Assembly: GCF_963921235.1 (NCBI RefSeq)
Contig: NC_086097.1
Coordinates: forward strand, 125,242,001-125,306,000
Length of the DNA stretch: 64,000 bases
DNA from: Mobula hypostoma
Lineage: Eukaryota
Reading direction: 5' to 3'
This document shows positions 25,110 through 38,849 of the stretch, one piece after another. The position numbers were made by a program, and so were the translations under genes. The notes under the pieces were generated by a model that ran no database searches, was not told the DNA's origin, and was given only the letters and a program-made list of their open reading frames with translations. Each line of letters begins with the position of its first letter. The stretch's first letter is position 1.

Positions 25110-26255
25110 AATTGAATTGAATTGACTTTATTACTTACATCCTTCACATACATGAGGAGTAAAAATCTTCACGTTACGTCTCCGTCTAAATGTGCAATGT
25201 GCAATTTATAGTAATTTATAATAAATAGTATGTACAACAGGAAAGTCAATATAGCATAGAAATACAACTGTATCAGCATGAATTAATCAGTCTGGTGGCC
25301 TGGTGGAAGAAGCTGTCCTGGAGCCTGTTGGTCCTGGCTTTTATGCTGTGGTACTGTTTCCTGGATGGTAGCAGCTGGAACAGTTTCTGGTTGGGGTGAT
25401 TCAGGTCCCCAGTGATCCTTCGGGCCCTTTTTACACACCTGTCTTTGTAAGTGTCCTGAATAGTGGGAAGTTCACATCTACAGATGTGCTGGGCTATCCA
25501 CACCACTCTCTGCAGAGTCCTGCGATTGAGGGAGGTACAGTTCCCATATCAGGCAATCAGGCAGTGATACAGCCAGTCAGGATGCTCTCAATTGTGCCCC
25601 TGTAGAAAATTCTTAGGATATTGGGGCCCATACCAAACTTCTTCAACCGTCTGAAGTGAAAGAGGTGCTGTTGTGTTTTTGTCACCACACAGCTGGTTTG
25701 TACAGACCATGTAAGATCCTCGGTGATGTGGATGCTGAGGAACTTAAAGCTGTTCACCCTCTCAACCCCAGATCCATTGATGTCAATAGGGGCTAGCCCT
25801 TCTCCATTACTCCTGTAGTCCACAACCAGCTCCTTTGATTTTGCAACATTGAGGGAGAGGTTGTTTTCTTGACACCACTGTGTCAGGGTGATAGAAACGT
25901 AGAAACATAGAAAACCTACAGCACAATACAAGCCCTTCGGCCCACAAAGCTGTGCCAAACATGTCCTTACCTTAGAACTACCTAGGCTTACCCATAGCTC
26001 TCTATTTTTCTATGCTCCATGTACCTATCCAGGAGTCTCTTAAAAGACCCTATCGTTTCTGCCTCCACCGCCGCCGCCAGCAGCCCATTCCACGCACTCA
26101 CCACTCTCTGCGTAAAAACAACTTACCCCTGACCTCTTCTCTGTAGGCAGCCTCATTATTATTTGAGATTAGGCCAATCAATGTAGTATCGTCAGCAAAT
26201 TTAATTAGCAGATTGGAGTTGTGGGTGATGACACAGTCACAGGTATGCAGAGAGT
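25110..26255 (-). mobile_element. Rex1/Babar-like LINE 3' fragment with nested CR1 tail (~25891-26146)
   Basis: ORF 25557-25958(-) contains WCQENNLSLNVAKSKELVVDYR...VERVNSFKFL...FYRGTIESILTGCIT; (aattg)n tail at 25110. Confidence 0.85.
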
Positions 26256-28464
26256 AAAGGAATGTTACTGAAAGACGTTATTGATAATTTATTAGCAATT
26301 CCTTACATTCTCAATGGCTTCTACAATATGGTTGGCATGTCTAAAAAAAGTTATTAGTCACATCAAATCACTAGAGGGCATAGGTTAAGAGTGAGAGGTG
26401 AAATATTTCAGAGAAACCTGAGAGGGGACAACTTCACTCAGAGGGTGGTGCGAATGTGGAAAGAACTGTCAGTGAAAGAGGTGGACAGGGGTTCGATATC
26501 AACATTTAAGAGAAGTTTGGATAAGTTGGTCTCCCCTCTCACTGTGGAGGGGGATGACATCGCTCTCTCCCTTACGGGTGAGAGAAAGAGAGTCTGTGGC
26601 ATGTCGACCTGTTGGGTGAACAATGGATTTTGTTGGACTGCAGATCATGGTCTTTCTTTGGGGCTTTGCTGTTGCTTGCTCGGTAGGTGGTGGGCACTGA
26701 TGCATCCTGCTGGAGCGAGTGGGGGGAGTGGGAGGGAAGAGGGTTGATGCTTTGCTGCTGCTCGTGCGTGGGAGGGGGAGGGGGCTTGGGGGTTCTAATG
26801 CTTTTCTGTCATCCACTCTTTGTGGCTTTCTTCTGTTTCGTGGATGTCTGTGAAGAGTAAGAATTTCTGGTTGTATACTGTATATTAAATGGAACCACTG
26901 AAGCACATGGATGGGAGGGTATGGAGGGTTATGGTTCAGATGGAACTAGGCACAATAATAGTTTGACATGGACTAGATGGGCCACGGAGCCTGTAACTGT
27001 GCTGTAGTAATCCATGACTCTAGGACTGATGCTGTATTGTTTGTGTCCGCACAGTTCACAACCACTGCAGGCCAATACATCACTGAAAAGAAGTTCTGGG
27101 TCTCCACATTAACTGCACCCCTTTGGGCGGTATAAACTCTTGTCAGTTTTTTTATGGCTTTGCAGGGTAACATTGATTGTCTTTTTTTCTGTTATAGCCA
27201 CAATTTCAGGTTATTATTGTTTCAGCTGATTACAATAATGTTTGATATTGTATTATCTATGTTTGTTTAGCAATTCCCTTGATATATTTACTTTCATTAT
27301 CTTTGAGCAATAGCTGAAAATTGTGCTTGCTGAAAATTGGCTGACTGCTTTTGAAAATTAGCATTAGTACTGCAGCTTTTATTGTGGTGATGCAATATAC
27401 AAATGTAATAAACTCATTAATGTAAAGTCAAGTTAATTTTATTGTCACAGTACGTATATGCCACTGTGTACTACCTTGCGATTCATTTTCTTGCAGGCTT
27501 ATACAGGAAAATAAAGAAATACAATAGAATTTATGAAAAAAAATTATACATAAACATGGAATGACAAACAGCCAATGTGCAAAAGAAGACAAACTGGGCA
27601 ATTAAAAAGTAAATAATACCGAATACATGAGTTTCAGAAGCCTTAAGCATGAGACTATAGGTTGTGGAATCAGGTCAGAGTTGAGAGTGAAGTTTTCCAC
27701 ACTGGTTCAGGAGCCTGATGCTTGAAGGTTAATAACCGTTCCTGAATCTAGTGCTGGGAGACCTGAGCCTGATGGTAGTATGAGAAGAAAGCATGGTCTG
27801 AATAGGGAGGAGTCCTTGATGATGAATGCTTCTTTCTTGTGGCAGTACTCCATGTAAATGTTCTCAGTGGTGTGGAGGGCTGTTCCTGTGATGGACTGGC
27901 CATATCCACCACTTTCTGTAGTTCTGCATGATTGCCCATTGATACTATTTTGTTGGTTTGACTAAATGTCCATTGAATTTATTCATTCACCAATCGTCTC
28001 TGTACAATGTTCATCAAATGGATACAGTAATGTATTGAGTACGCACCACATTAGATCTGTTACTGTATTTACACCGCTGATCTGCAAAAGGCAACAAGAA
28101 CTGAAGAACTATTGTGTGATTATAATTACTAACCACGCTTGTTTGATCTAATGATAGAAGTAGCTGCAAAAGCTCTCCAGTAAGTCACCACTATACAAAG
28201 AAAACTCGTTCAGGGTGTGGTTCTGTGAAAGAAAAAGACAAAATGTTGGAGTTCTCACCACCATCCTGCTGTTGGTGAGAACAACAACAGCCATTTGCTG
28301 TTGTGAAACTACTGAACACAGTACAAACAACTATGATGCATGGGGAAATCGCCATTTATAGAAACTGAAAAATACCCGTCGTTCTTGTGCACAGGGTCAG
28401 ATTCAGAATCCAAACCTCTTCTGAGGGAAATTCAAAAGAAGTTCATTTTTGTTTAAGGTGATGG

Positions 28465-30840
28465 AGCACTACAGTACTGAATGGCCTTCGTCCATTCCAA
28501 TCTGTTATTTCCATGGTCCCATTGACCTGCACCTGGACCAAATCCCTCCATACCCCTCCCATCCATGTACTAATCCAAACTACTCTTAAATGTTGAAATT
28601 GAACCTGCGCTCAATTCTCTTGGCAGTCCATTCCACACTCGCTCCACCCTCTGAGTGAAGAAGCTGCCCCTCAGGTTCCTCTTAAATATTTCACCTTTCA
28701 CCCTTAACCAATGATTTCTAGTTGTGGCCTCACCCACCCTCAGTGGGAAAAACCTGCTTACATTTACCCCATCAGAACCCCTCTTAACTTGTATACCTCT
28801 ATCAAATTCTCCTCATTCTCCTACACTACATACTCCTAACCTATTCAACCTTTCCCCGTAACTCAGGTCCTCAAGTCCCAGCAACATCCTTGTAAAATTT
28901 CTCCCTACTCTTTCAGACTTGTTGATATCTTTCCTGTTAGTAGGTGACCAGAACTGAACACACTGCTCCAAATTTGTCCTCCCAATGCTTATATAAATCT
29001 TAATATAACATCCCAACTTAGCACTCTGATTATGAAAGCCTACATGGCAAAAGCTCTCTTTATGACCCTATCTACCTGTGACACCACTTTCAAGGAATTA
29101 TGGATCTGTATTCCCAGATCCCTTTGTTCTACTGCACTCCTCAGTGCCGTAGAGCTGACCATGGAAGAGTTATGGATCTGTACCTGACCATGGAAGAGTT
29201 ATGGATCTGTATCTGACCATGGAAGAGGTATGGATCTGTATCTGACCATGGAAGAGTTAATGGATCTGTATCTGACCATGGAAGAGTTATGACTCTGTAT
29301 CTGACCATGGAAGAGTTATGGATCTGTAGCTGACCGTGGAAGAGTTATGGATCTGTACCTGACCATGGAAGAGTTAATGGATCTGTATCTGACCATGGAA
29401 GAGTTAATGGATCTGTATCTGACCATGGAAGAGTTATGACTCTGTATCTGACCATGGAAGAGTTATGACTCTGTATCTGACCATGGAAGAGGTATGGATC
29501 TGTATCTGACCATGGAAGAGTTAATGGATCTGTATCTGACCATGGAAGAGTTATGACTCTGTATCTGACCATGGAAGAGTTAATGGATCTGTATCTGACC
29601 ATGGAAGAGTTATGACTCTGTATCTGACCATGGAAGAGTTATGACTCTGTATCTGACCATGGAAGAGTCATGGATCTGTAGCTGACCGTGGAAGAGCACT
29701 CCTCAGTGCTGTAGAGCTGACCACGGAAGTCCTACCCTGGTGTGTTCTCCCGAAGTACAACCCCTCGCAATTGTTTGCATTAAATTCTATCTTCCATTTT
29801 TCAGTCCATTTTTCCAGCTGGTCCGGACAGAAACATAGAAACACAGAAATCCTAGAGCACAATACAGGCCCTTTGGCCCACAATGCTGTGCCAAACATGT
29901 ACTTACTTTAGAAATTACCTAGGGTTACCTATAGCCCTCTATTTTTCTAAGCTCCATGTACCTATCCAGGAATCTCTTAAAAGACCCTATCGTTGCTGCC
30001 TCCACCACCATCACTGGCAGCCTATTCCATGCACTCACTACTCTCTGCGTAAAAAAACTTATCCCTGACATCTCCTCTGTACCTGCTTCCAAGCACTTTA
30101 AAACTGTACCATCTCATGTTAGCCATAACACGATCCTGCTGCAAGCACTGATAGCCTTCCTCACTATCTATTACGCCCCCAATCTTGGTGTCATCCAAAA
30201 ATTTGCTGATCCAGTTTACTACATTATCATCCAGATCTTTGATATAGATGACAAACACAGACCCTGTGACACACCACTGGTCACATACCTTCGGTCAGAG
30301 AAACAACCATCTACTACCACTTTCTGGCTTCTCCCGCTAAGCCAGAGTTGAATCCAGTTTACTCCCTCATCCTGATTACCATACCAACCTCCCATGAGGG
30401 ATTTTGTCAAAGGCCTTGCTAATATCCATGTGGACAATGTCCATTGCCTTTCCTTCATCAACTTTCCTGTTAACCATCTCAAAAGACTCCATAGGATGAG
30501 CTAGATGTGACCTACTACACACAAAGCATGCTGATTATCCCTAATCAAGCCCTATTTATCCAAATACTTATATATCCTGTCCTCTTGAATATCTTCCAAT
30601 AACTTACCCACTATTGACGTTAGGCTCACCAGCTTATTCTTAGACCCTTTCGTGAAAGGCAAAACGTTAGCCTTCCTCCAATCCTCCACAACCTCACCCA
30701 TAGTTACAAAAATGTTTTAAATTCCTCTGCCAGAGCGCCTACAATTCCTGCACGAATCTTTCCATAGGGTCCAAGGGGGCTCCTTCTCAGGTCTTGGAGA
30801 CTTGTTCACCCTTATTTACCAGAAGACAACAAACACTTCC
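28465..30840 (-). mobile_element. CR1-like LINE fragment containing a minisatellite and a nested CR1 tail (~29828-30128)
   Basis: Remnants LEQCVQFWSP, RNFTRMLLGL, SKFLDDTKIGG, WIQLWLSGRSQKVVVDG. Confidence 0.85.
29155..29696. repeat. Minisatellite, 19 units of 29/30 bp
   Basis: Unit ctgaccatggaagagtta(a)tg(ga/ac)tctgtat; ctgacc recurs at 29155, 29184, 29213, 29242, 29272 ... 29682. Confidence 0.97.
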
Positions 30841-31704
30841 AAGACCTCACTACTGTTTGGTTTAACTGGAAACTGCAACTTTTGGTTGTGTTTGAAGACA
30901 TAGGTACTGGTCTCCCTGTTGCTCCACATGTTAGAGCAGTTTAAGCATCAGTTTTAAGATGGAGGTTCAATTCCCCATAAGGAGCTTTTACGCTCGCCCT
31001 GTAACTGTGTGGATTTCCTCTGGGTGGTCCAGTTTCCAAAGACGTAGGGTTAGGGTTAGTGAGCTGTGGGTGTGCTATATGGGTTCCAGAAGCACGGTGA
31101 CACGTGTGGGCTGCCGAACACAATCCTTACTGATTTGATGCGATGCAAGCGACGTATTTTACTCTATGTTTTGATGTACAGGTGACAAATAGAGCTAATC
31201 TTTTAGCAACCCACAAATGCTGGAGGAGCTCAGCAGGTTAAGATAGAAAGGAATAAGCAGGTGATGCTTCAGGAGATCCTTCATCAGAAAGGTCTTGAAG
31301 GGTTTCGCCTGAGACATCAACTGTTTAATCCACTCTATAGATGCTGAGTTCCTTCAGTATTCTGCATGTGTCTTACACTGGATTTCCAGCATTCTCGGAA
31401 TCTCTAGTGATTATAATCTTATCCCTTCACTCCGCTCTCTCTTTGTCTCATCGCTGTCCCATTCACTGCTTCACTTTTTTTTCTCCATTTCCTCACCTCC
31501 TTGTCTTTCCCTCACTGTCCCACTGATCACATATCCTTTTCACCTTGTTCTATTTGTATTAGTGTTTTACAGTGAGACACTTGCACTTTGTAGTACTGCT
31601 CTTGTATGAAGAAGACCCTTGCCCATCAGTTCCTATGCCTAAGTATTGAATTGGATATGGACCAGGGTTGAAGTGGGTCAGATATGGTCCCAGAGCATTT
31701 GATC

Positions 31705-32145
31705 CTCAGCAACGCACACAAAGATAATAAGAGGAATAGATAGAGTGGACAGCCAGCGCCTCTTCCCCAGGGCACCACTGCTCAATAAAAGAGGACATGG
31801 CTTTAAGGTAAGGGGTGGGAAGTTCAAGGGGGATATTAGAGTAAGATTTTTTTACTCAGAGAGTGGTTGGTGCCAGGAATGCACTGCCTGAGTCAGTGGT
31901 GGAGGCAGATACACTCGTGAAGTTTAAGAGAGTACTAGACAGGTATATGGAGGAATTTAAGGTGGGGGGTTATATGGGAGGCAGGGTTTGAGGGTCATTG
32001 TGGGTCGTAGGGCCTGTAATGTGCTGTACTATTCTATGTTCTATGTTTGATGTAAAACACTGAAGGAAGTCAGTAGGTCAGGCAGCATCTATGGAAGAGA
32101 AAAAACACCCAACGTTTCAGGCTGAGACCCTTCATCAGGACACAG
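31705..32145. mobile_element. Antisense PLE module split by a CR1 3' fragment (+, ~31720-32050); hammerhead core at ~32108-32142(-)
   Basis: CR1 tail ...gggcctgtaatgtgctgtactattctatgttctatg. Minus strand reads gtcctgatgaagggtctcagcctgaaacgtt. Confidence 0.7.
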
Positions 32146-32965
32146 ATGTTTCATGCTTGATCCCTGGCTGCAGGGCCCATTGCCTCTGGCAATCGATGTC
32201 CAGGGACCCCAGCGGGGATTGTTGGGGGCGGGGTGCCGTGATGAGTCCTAGTTAGAGTGTTCAGCTGGTCCAGGTCTCCTTGCACTTAAGCATCAAAAGA
32301 TTTCTGAAGACTGTTGGCAAAGCCACAGAGGAACAGTGGTGTGTTAAGCCGCAGATGGTAGAGAAGGAGGGGGCTGTGAGGAATGGTGAGGGCAGCAAGG
32401 AGGGACTGTGCAGACTAACCCATCCTGGCTTTCAGTTATTGGATAAAAATTCTAAGCTAGTGGTCTTTTCCTCAGTTTGCGTAACACAATTACAGTGCCA
32501 GTAACGTGGCTTCAATTCCCGTCGCTGTCTGTGAAGGGGTTTGTGTATTCTCTCCATGAGCGTGTGGGCTTCCTCCGCGTGCTCTGGTTTCCTCCCACAG
32601 TCCAAAGAATTATGGGTTAGTAGGCTAATTGATCACGTGGGTGTAATCGGACAGCACAAGATCATTGGGCCAGAAGGGTCTGTTGGCATGCTGAGTCACT
32701 AAATAAAATCAAAGACAGACAATGCAACTAGAGATGGAGGGAATCTGCTTTATAGGGTACAGATTTGATTAATGTGTCAGAACTGGACCATTTGTTCACG
32801 TATTGGGAAAACACTTCAGAATGCAAAACCCATGATCGTCTGAAAAGGAGGAGTGGTCAGAAGTTCTATCACTTTGCAATCAGAAATTAGGGAGAGAAAC
32901 AAGACTGAATAATTAAACACTCAGATTACAAGAAATATGTGCAGTGAAATCTCAGTTGTCTTGTA

Positions 32966-33433
32966 CGAGGGGTGATTGATAAGTTCATGGCCTAAGGTAG
33001 AAGGAGTCAATTTTAGAAAACCTAGCACATATCTTTTTTCTACATTTACACACTTGGTCCAGCGGTCATGGAGCATACGGATCCCTTCTTTGTAGAAGTT
33101 AGCGTCTTGGACCTCCAGAAAGTGGTCCACGGCAGGGGTGATGGATAAGTTCATGGCCTAAGGTAGAAGGAGATGAGTTATTAACTTCAAACTTTCTGCA
33201 TTTTCACTCAAAGAGTTGAACTGCACGTGCATGTAACGAGAGCTGTATAACTCATCTCCTTCTACCTTAGGCCACATACTTGGCGATCACCCCTGCTACG
33301 GACCACTTGGAGGTCCAAGACGCTCTCGTTACATGCACATGCAGTTCAACTCTTTGAATGATTATGCAGAAAGTTTGAAGTTAATAACTCATCTCTTTCT
33401 ACCTTAGGCCACGAACTTATCAATTACCCCTCG
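32966..33433 (-). mobile_element. Mariner-derived non-autonomous element
   Basis: TA-flanked TIRs cgaggggtgattgataagttc and gaacttatcaattacccctcg. Minus-strand remnant FYKEGIRMLHDRWTKCVNV resembles a mariner transposase C-terminus. Confidence 0.8.
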
Positions 33434-33585
33434 TAAATTCAGTTGATAAGATTTACATAACAGAAATGGGAAAAATGGCCCTCAAACTTTTCAGAATGTG
33501 CTTTTACTTTGATCTACTTTATATTATCATGAAACTCGTTGCTGAATTCTAATGCATGTCTTTTTAATCCCTGATTTAACTGCAG

Positions 33586-33641
33586 AAATACCGCAGCCCT
33601 TCATTAGGAGAAGAGGAATTCATCTACGAACAGACAGGAGG
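33586..33641 (+). CDS. GRHL2: GRHL2 short internal coding exon (56 nt; not in the ORF track in this frame)
   Basis: Acceptor ttaactgcAG at 33584-33585 and donor GTaagg at 33642. Encodes KYRSPSLGEEEFIYEQTG(G), similar to recalled GRHL2 KFRSASVGAEEYMYDQTSS. Phase 0 in and phase 2 out, which fits both neighbouring exons. Confidence 0.9.
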
Positions 33642-33933
33642 GTAAGGCACTGGAATCCCTTGGGGAAGGTGAGGTGGGTGGCGGGGGGGATTGAGGGAAG
33701 AAATCTAAACACACACAAAATGCTTGAGAACTCAACAGGTCAGGCAGCATCCATGGAGATGAATAAAGAGTCGACTTTTTGGGTTGAGACCCTTTTTCAG
33801 GAGTAGATTTCCAGCATCTACAGAATATCTTGTATTTTTGAATTCTAGCACTCTGTTATGGGAAAAATTCAGATGCCTTGGTTACACAGAGAGTGCCTTG
33901 GATCCTGTTCATCCACTTTTTTGTCCTAGAGCT

Positions 33934-34513
33934 TTACAATGGTCACTTCATTAGGTACACCTCCTGTACCTAATAAAAGTGGACACTGAGTGTACACGAC
34001 GTTCGTGGTCCTTTGCTGCTATAGCACATCCACTTCAAGGTTCTATGTGTTGTGCTTTCGCAGATGCACTTCTGCACAGCACTGGTATATCATGTGATTA
34101 TTTGAGTTATTGTTACCTTCATGTCAGCTTGAACCAGCCTGGCCATTCTCCTCTGACCTCTCTCATTAACAAGGCATTTTCACCCACAGAACTACCACTC
34201 ACTGGATATGTTTTTTTTTTGCTTTTCGCACTATTCTCTCTAAACTCTTGACATGGTTATGCATGAAAATCCCAGGAGATCAGCAGTTTCTGAGATACAG
34301 TACTCAAACAACGACAGCTGGTACCAACGATTATCCCACACTCAAAGTCAACTTAGGTCACATTTCTCCCTCATTCTGTTGTTTGGTCTAAACAACAACT
34401 GAACCTCTTGACCATGTCTGCATGCTTTTATGCTTTGAATTGTTGCCACATGGTTGGCTGATTAGATGCTTGCATTAAAGAGCAGGTGTATCTAATATAG
34501 TGGCCATTGAGTG
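33934..34513 (-). mobile_element. Non-autonomous Tc1-like element
   Basis: Same family as 19689-20200, with an internal TIR copy (cctaataaaagtggacactgagtgta) and right end tagtggccattgagtg. Confidence 0.75.
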
Positions 34514-35114
34514 TCTGTCAGGGGTTGGCCTCTGTGAAGGGTCCTCAAGTGTGAACATCACAGGGGCCGTTATGGAACTAGATGTCGTTTCCCCTGTTCA
34601 CAACACTCCCCCTACATGGGCTCTGCTTTGATTTGTGAATATCAGGCACATGAAATATTGAAGAGTTCTTAGTGTTGAAAAACAACATCCCAAGTTAATG
34701 GCCTGGAAAAAGGAAGAGAGAGATAATTTATAAACTCAATAGATTCTGTAGGTGCTGGAAATCCAGAACTGCACACAAAATGCTAGAGGAACTCAGCAGT
34801 CTAGGCACCAACTACGGACTGGAATAAATAGTTGAAATTTTGAGTCAAGATCCTTCATTGGGACTGGGGAGGAAGGGGGCAGAAGCTAGAATAAGAATGT
34901 GGGAGAAGGGAAGGAGTACAAGCTGACAGGTAATATGTGAAATATGTGAGAGGGAGTGGGGGTGGATAAAGCGAGAAATTGGGAAGTGATAAGTGGAAAA
35001 GGCTGAATTGAGTTGAGGGCTGTCACCTTTGAACTATCACCTGTGGAACCAGAGGATCTAATACACTTGACCACTGTTATGCCACCATTAAGAATCCTTA
35101 CCATGCCATCTGAC

Positions 35115-36530
35115 GCCCACACTTGGAAAGTCAGATCTTCTGGTTATATATCTGCTCACAGAAGATAGGCAGAGACAAAAGACCACAGCACCAGTGGTGA
35201 GGACCAAGACAGTATGGTCAATGGAGGCAGAGGAGTCCTTACAAATCTGCTTTGAGTCAGTGAACTGGACAATGTTCAGGGATTCATCTTTGAGTCTGAA
35301 TGAATACATCACAGTTATAACTGACTTCATCAAGACCCATGTGGATAAGTGTGTGCCTTCGAGAGCATACCAGACATACCCAAACCAAAAGCCATGGATG
35401 AACCAGGAGATTCGTAATCTGCTGAAGGCCAGGCCTGTAGCACTCAAGACTGGTGACCCAGAACTTTACAAAACGTCCAGGTACGGCTTACGGAAGGCTA
35501 TTTTTAAGAGCAAAAAAGACAATTCTGATTGAAGGTTAGAGACAGAATTGGATGCAAACCAGCTCTGGCAGGATTTGCAGGCCATTACTTCCTACAAGAC
35601 AAAACCTAACGTCATGGATGGCAGTGATGCTTCACTTCCAGAGGAGCACAACAGCTTTTATGCTCACTTTGAAAGGGAGAATAAAGGTACACCTATGCAA
35701 ATCCCTGCAGCATCTGGTGACACTCTGCTTCCTGTCTCGGAGGCCGACATCAGAATATCTTTCAAGAGGGTGAATGCTTACAAGGTGTCGGGCCCTGATG
35801 GTGTACCTAGTAGAGCACTGAAAACCCGTGCCAATCAACTGGTGGGAGTGTTCAAGGACATCTTCAGTCTCTAACTGCTGCAATCAGAGTTTCCCGCCTG
35901 CTTGAGAAGGGAAACAATCATACCAGTGCCCAAGAAGAGCAGGGTAAGCAGCCTCAGCCACTATCACCCAGTGGCACTCGCGTCTTCTGTGAAGGAGTGC
36001 TTTGAGAGATTGGTCACGGCCAGAGTCATCTCCTGCCTAAGCAAGGACCAGGACCCACGGCAATGTGCCTACTGCCACAACAGGTCTACAGTGGATGCAA
36101 TCTCACTGGCTCTCACTCAGCCTTGAATCGCCTGGACAGTAGTAATACTTAGATCAGGCTGCTGTTTTCTGACCACAGCTCAGCGTTCAACACAGTCATA
36201 CTCTCAGTTCTAATCAAAAAGCTCCAAAACCTGGATCTCTACCTCTCTCAGCAACTGGATCCTTGACTTCCTCAGCGGGAGACCACAGTCAGTACTGATT
36301 GGAAATAGCATCTCCTCCTCGCTGGCAATCAACACGGGCAGACCCCAAAGGATGTGTGCTTAGCCCACTGCTCTACTCTCTCTACATCCACAGCTGTGTG
36401 GCTAGGCACAACTCAAATACCATCTATAAATTTGCCAGTGTCGCAACTATTGTTGGCAGAATTTCAGATGGTGATGGTGATGGTGATGAGATATCGGCTG
36501 ATCGAGTGGTGTTGCAACAACAATCATGAG
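35115..36530 (+). mobile_element. Rex1/Babar-like LINE fragment (RT region), decayed
   Basis: Remnants [53 protein letters not shown]. Confidence 0.88.
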
Positions 36531-37233
36531 TTGTAGAGTCTTGAAAGTGAGCCTATGGGTTGTGTTCAGTAATCAGTTCAGTGTTGTGGTGAGTGAAGCT
36601 ATCACTAGTTCAGAAGCCTGATGGTTGAAGCATAATAACTGTTCATGAACCTGGTGGGATGGAAAGTATGGTGAGGTGGTTAATGGGTAGAGATGTTGAT
36701 CAGCCTGATGGCTCGCGGGAAGTAATTGCTTTTGTGTCTGGTGGTCCTGGCTAGGATACTGTGTAGCCAGTTCTCTGATAGGAGTGGAAGCGACTCATGC
36801 CTTAACACCAAGAAGAAGATGGTGTTAGTTATTACTGGAACAGCTGTTGTGGAGGTTGTTGTGATCACTGAATACTACCTTTGGATTGATTTTCAATGAC
36901 ATTATTATTATTATTATTTGATTTTTTTGTATCTGCATAGTATATTTTTTGCATATTGGTTGCTTGTCAGCCTTCATGTGTTGTTTCTCATTGCCTTTAT
37001 TGTATTTCTTTGTTCTACTATGAATGCTGGCAAGAAAATGAATCTCAGGGTAGTACATGGTGACATATATGTACTTTGATAATAAATTCACTTTGCACTA
37101 TAACCTTAAGGATTGAATAGAAATTAAATGTGATATGTAATGAATCTATTTGCTGACATAGTCTTTTGCTAAGTCCTGCATACGTTTCCTTGGGCTGCTT
37201 ATGGATGCATCATTAATTCTTGTTTTGCTCTAG

Positions 37234-37390
37234 AGAGTCTTTCCATTACATGTTGGAAGCAACAAAGTCCTTGCGTCAAAAGCAAGGGGAGGGGCCGATG
37301 ACGTACTTGAATAAAGGGCAGTTTTACGCCATAACCCTCAGGGAGACTGGAGCCAACAAGTGCCTTCGTCATCCAATCAGCAAAGTTAGG
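37234..37390 (+). CDS. GRHL2: GRHL2 coding exon, start of CP2/Grainyhead DNA-binding domain
   Basis: Acceptor ttttgctctAG at 37232-37233 and donor GTaagc at 37391. Encodes (G)[65 protein letters not shown] and FYAITL are GRHL2-type rather than GRHL1-type. 157 nt. Confidence 0.97.
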
Positions 37391-37825
37391 GTAAGCTGTT
37401 GTGTTTCCCTTCAACTTAAGTGGGACTTTTTAAGTAAACACAACAGTGCATTTATAAAGAAGTTTTGATTACGTCCAAAGGAAATTGCCTTGGTGTTTTC
37501 ACATTATAGGTATAGAATTGGATTCCTATCTAATTGATGAGATCTATGGAAATACTTCCAAAGCTTCAACTTTCTGTGTGGTTGGGGATCATTTGGTATT
37601 GGGGCAACTTTACAGTTTTTGGGTTGAGGGGGTGTGGCTGTGATAAAATGACCCATTCTTGGAGAACGTTCAGACTGGGTATGTGTCATCCTGATCGCTC
37701 TCAAGTGGTGTCTGCTCACAAGTGTATGTAGCTATAATTCCTTGAAGGTGATGTCACAGTTAGATGGGGTCATAAAAAGAGACTTTGGCATATCGACTTT
37801 CATCAATTAAAGTATTAAGAACAGG

Positions 37826-38045
37826 ACAACACACACGCACGCAATATGCTGGTGGAACTCTCAGTGGGTCAGGTAGCATGTATAGAAATGAATAAACAGT
37901 TGATGTTTTGGGTCGAGAAACTTCATGAGCCCAACACATCGACTGTTTATTCCTGTCCATAGATGCTGCCTGACTTGCTGAGTTCCTCCAGCATTTTGTG
38001 TGTGATGCCTCTGGACTTGCAGCATCTGCAGAATCTCTTGTATTT
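37826..38045. mobile_element. PLE-derived fold-back insert (decayed)
   Basis: Antisense module then sense module, with the junction near 37925 inside decayed hammerhead sequence. Confidence 0.7.
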
Positions 38046-38849
38046 ACAGGAATTGCGATGTTATATTAAAGTTGTGGGAGACATGGGTGAGGCCAGATTT
38101 GGTGTATATGACTGTGCAGTATGAATAGGATTGGGATTGGCTGTGAAGTTCCCCACACAATTGATAATCAGATTTATTATCACTGACAAATGACGTAAAA
38201 TTTGTTGTTTTACAGTACAAAGACATAAAATCTGTAAATTACAAAAATGACTAAGTAAAGCAATAAAAAAGGAATAACAAGGTATTGTTCATTATCCATT
38301 TAGAAATCATAGCATCTTATTGAACATCACAAATAACCTCTCCTGGTCCAACCTCGTAGACAACATGATCAAAAAATCTCAGCTCTACTTCGTCAGGAGG
38401 CTAAAGGAACTTGTTATGTCCCTCTCTTATCAATCTTCCTTGATGCACTATAGAGTTGTGGATACAGGTCAGCACTTTGCAGAAGCCTGCCTTTTCCCTA
38501 TGAACTCCGTGTGTGCTCACTGCTGATTCCATAAGGCAGGCAGCACAAGTAAAGACCCCACTCACCCCTCTTCCAATGGGCAGGAGGTACAAAAGCAGCA
38601 AGTAAGTACCACCAGGCTTAAGGACCTCACTCTTATGACCATTGAATGGCTGCCTAGTACAATAAGACAGACTCTTGACCTCGCAATTTATCTCGTTATG
38701 ATCTTGCACCTTATTGTTTACCCCACACTGCCTTTCCTCTGTGGCTGTTGCACTTTATTCTGCATCTGTTAATATTTTCTCTTGTACCACCTCAATGCAT
38801 TGTGTAATGGATAACATGCAAGACTAGCTTTTCACTGGATACCAGTACA

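Noticed and set aside
27226..27246. ttcAG-ctgattac resembling the start of the next GRHL2 exon (ADY...)
   Set aside because: Wrong order (it lies upstream of the 33586 exon) and it reaches TGA after five codons. The true next exon was not found in 43405-64000.
29155..29696. CRISPR-like appearance of the ~29-bp repeat array
   Set aside because: Units are directly adjacent with no unique spacers, there are no cas genes, and the context is eukaryotic. It is a minisatellite.
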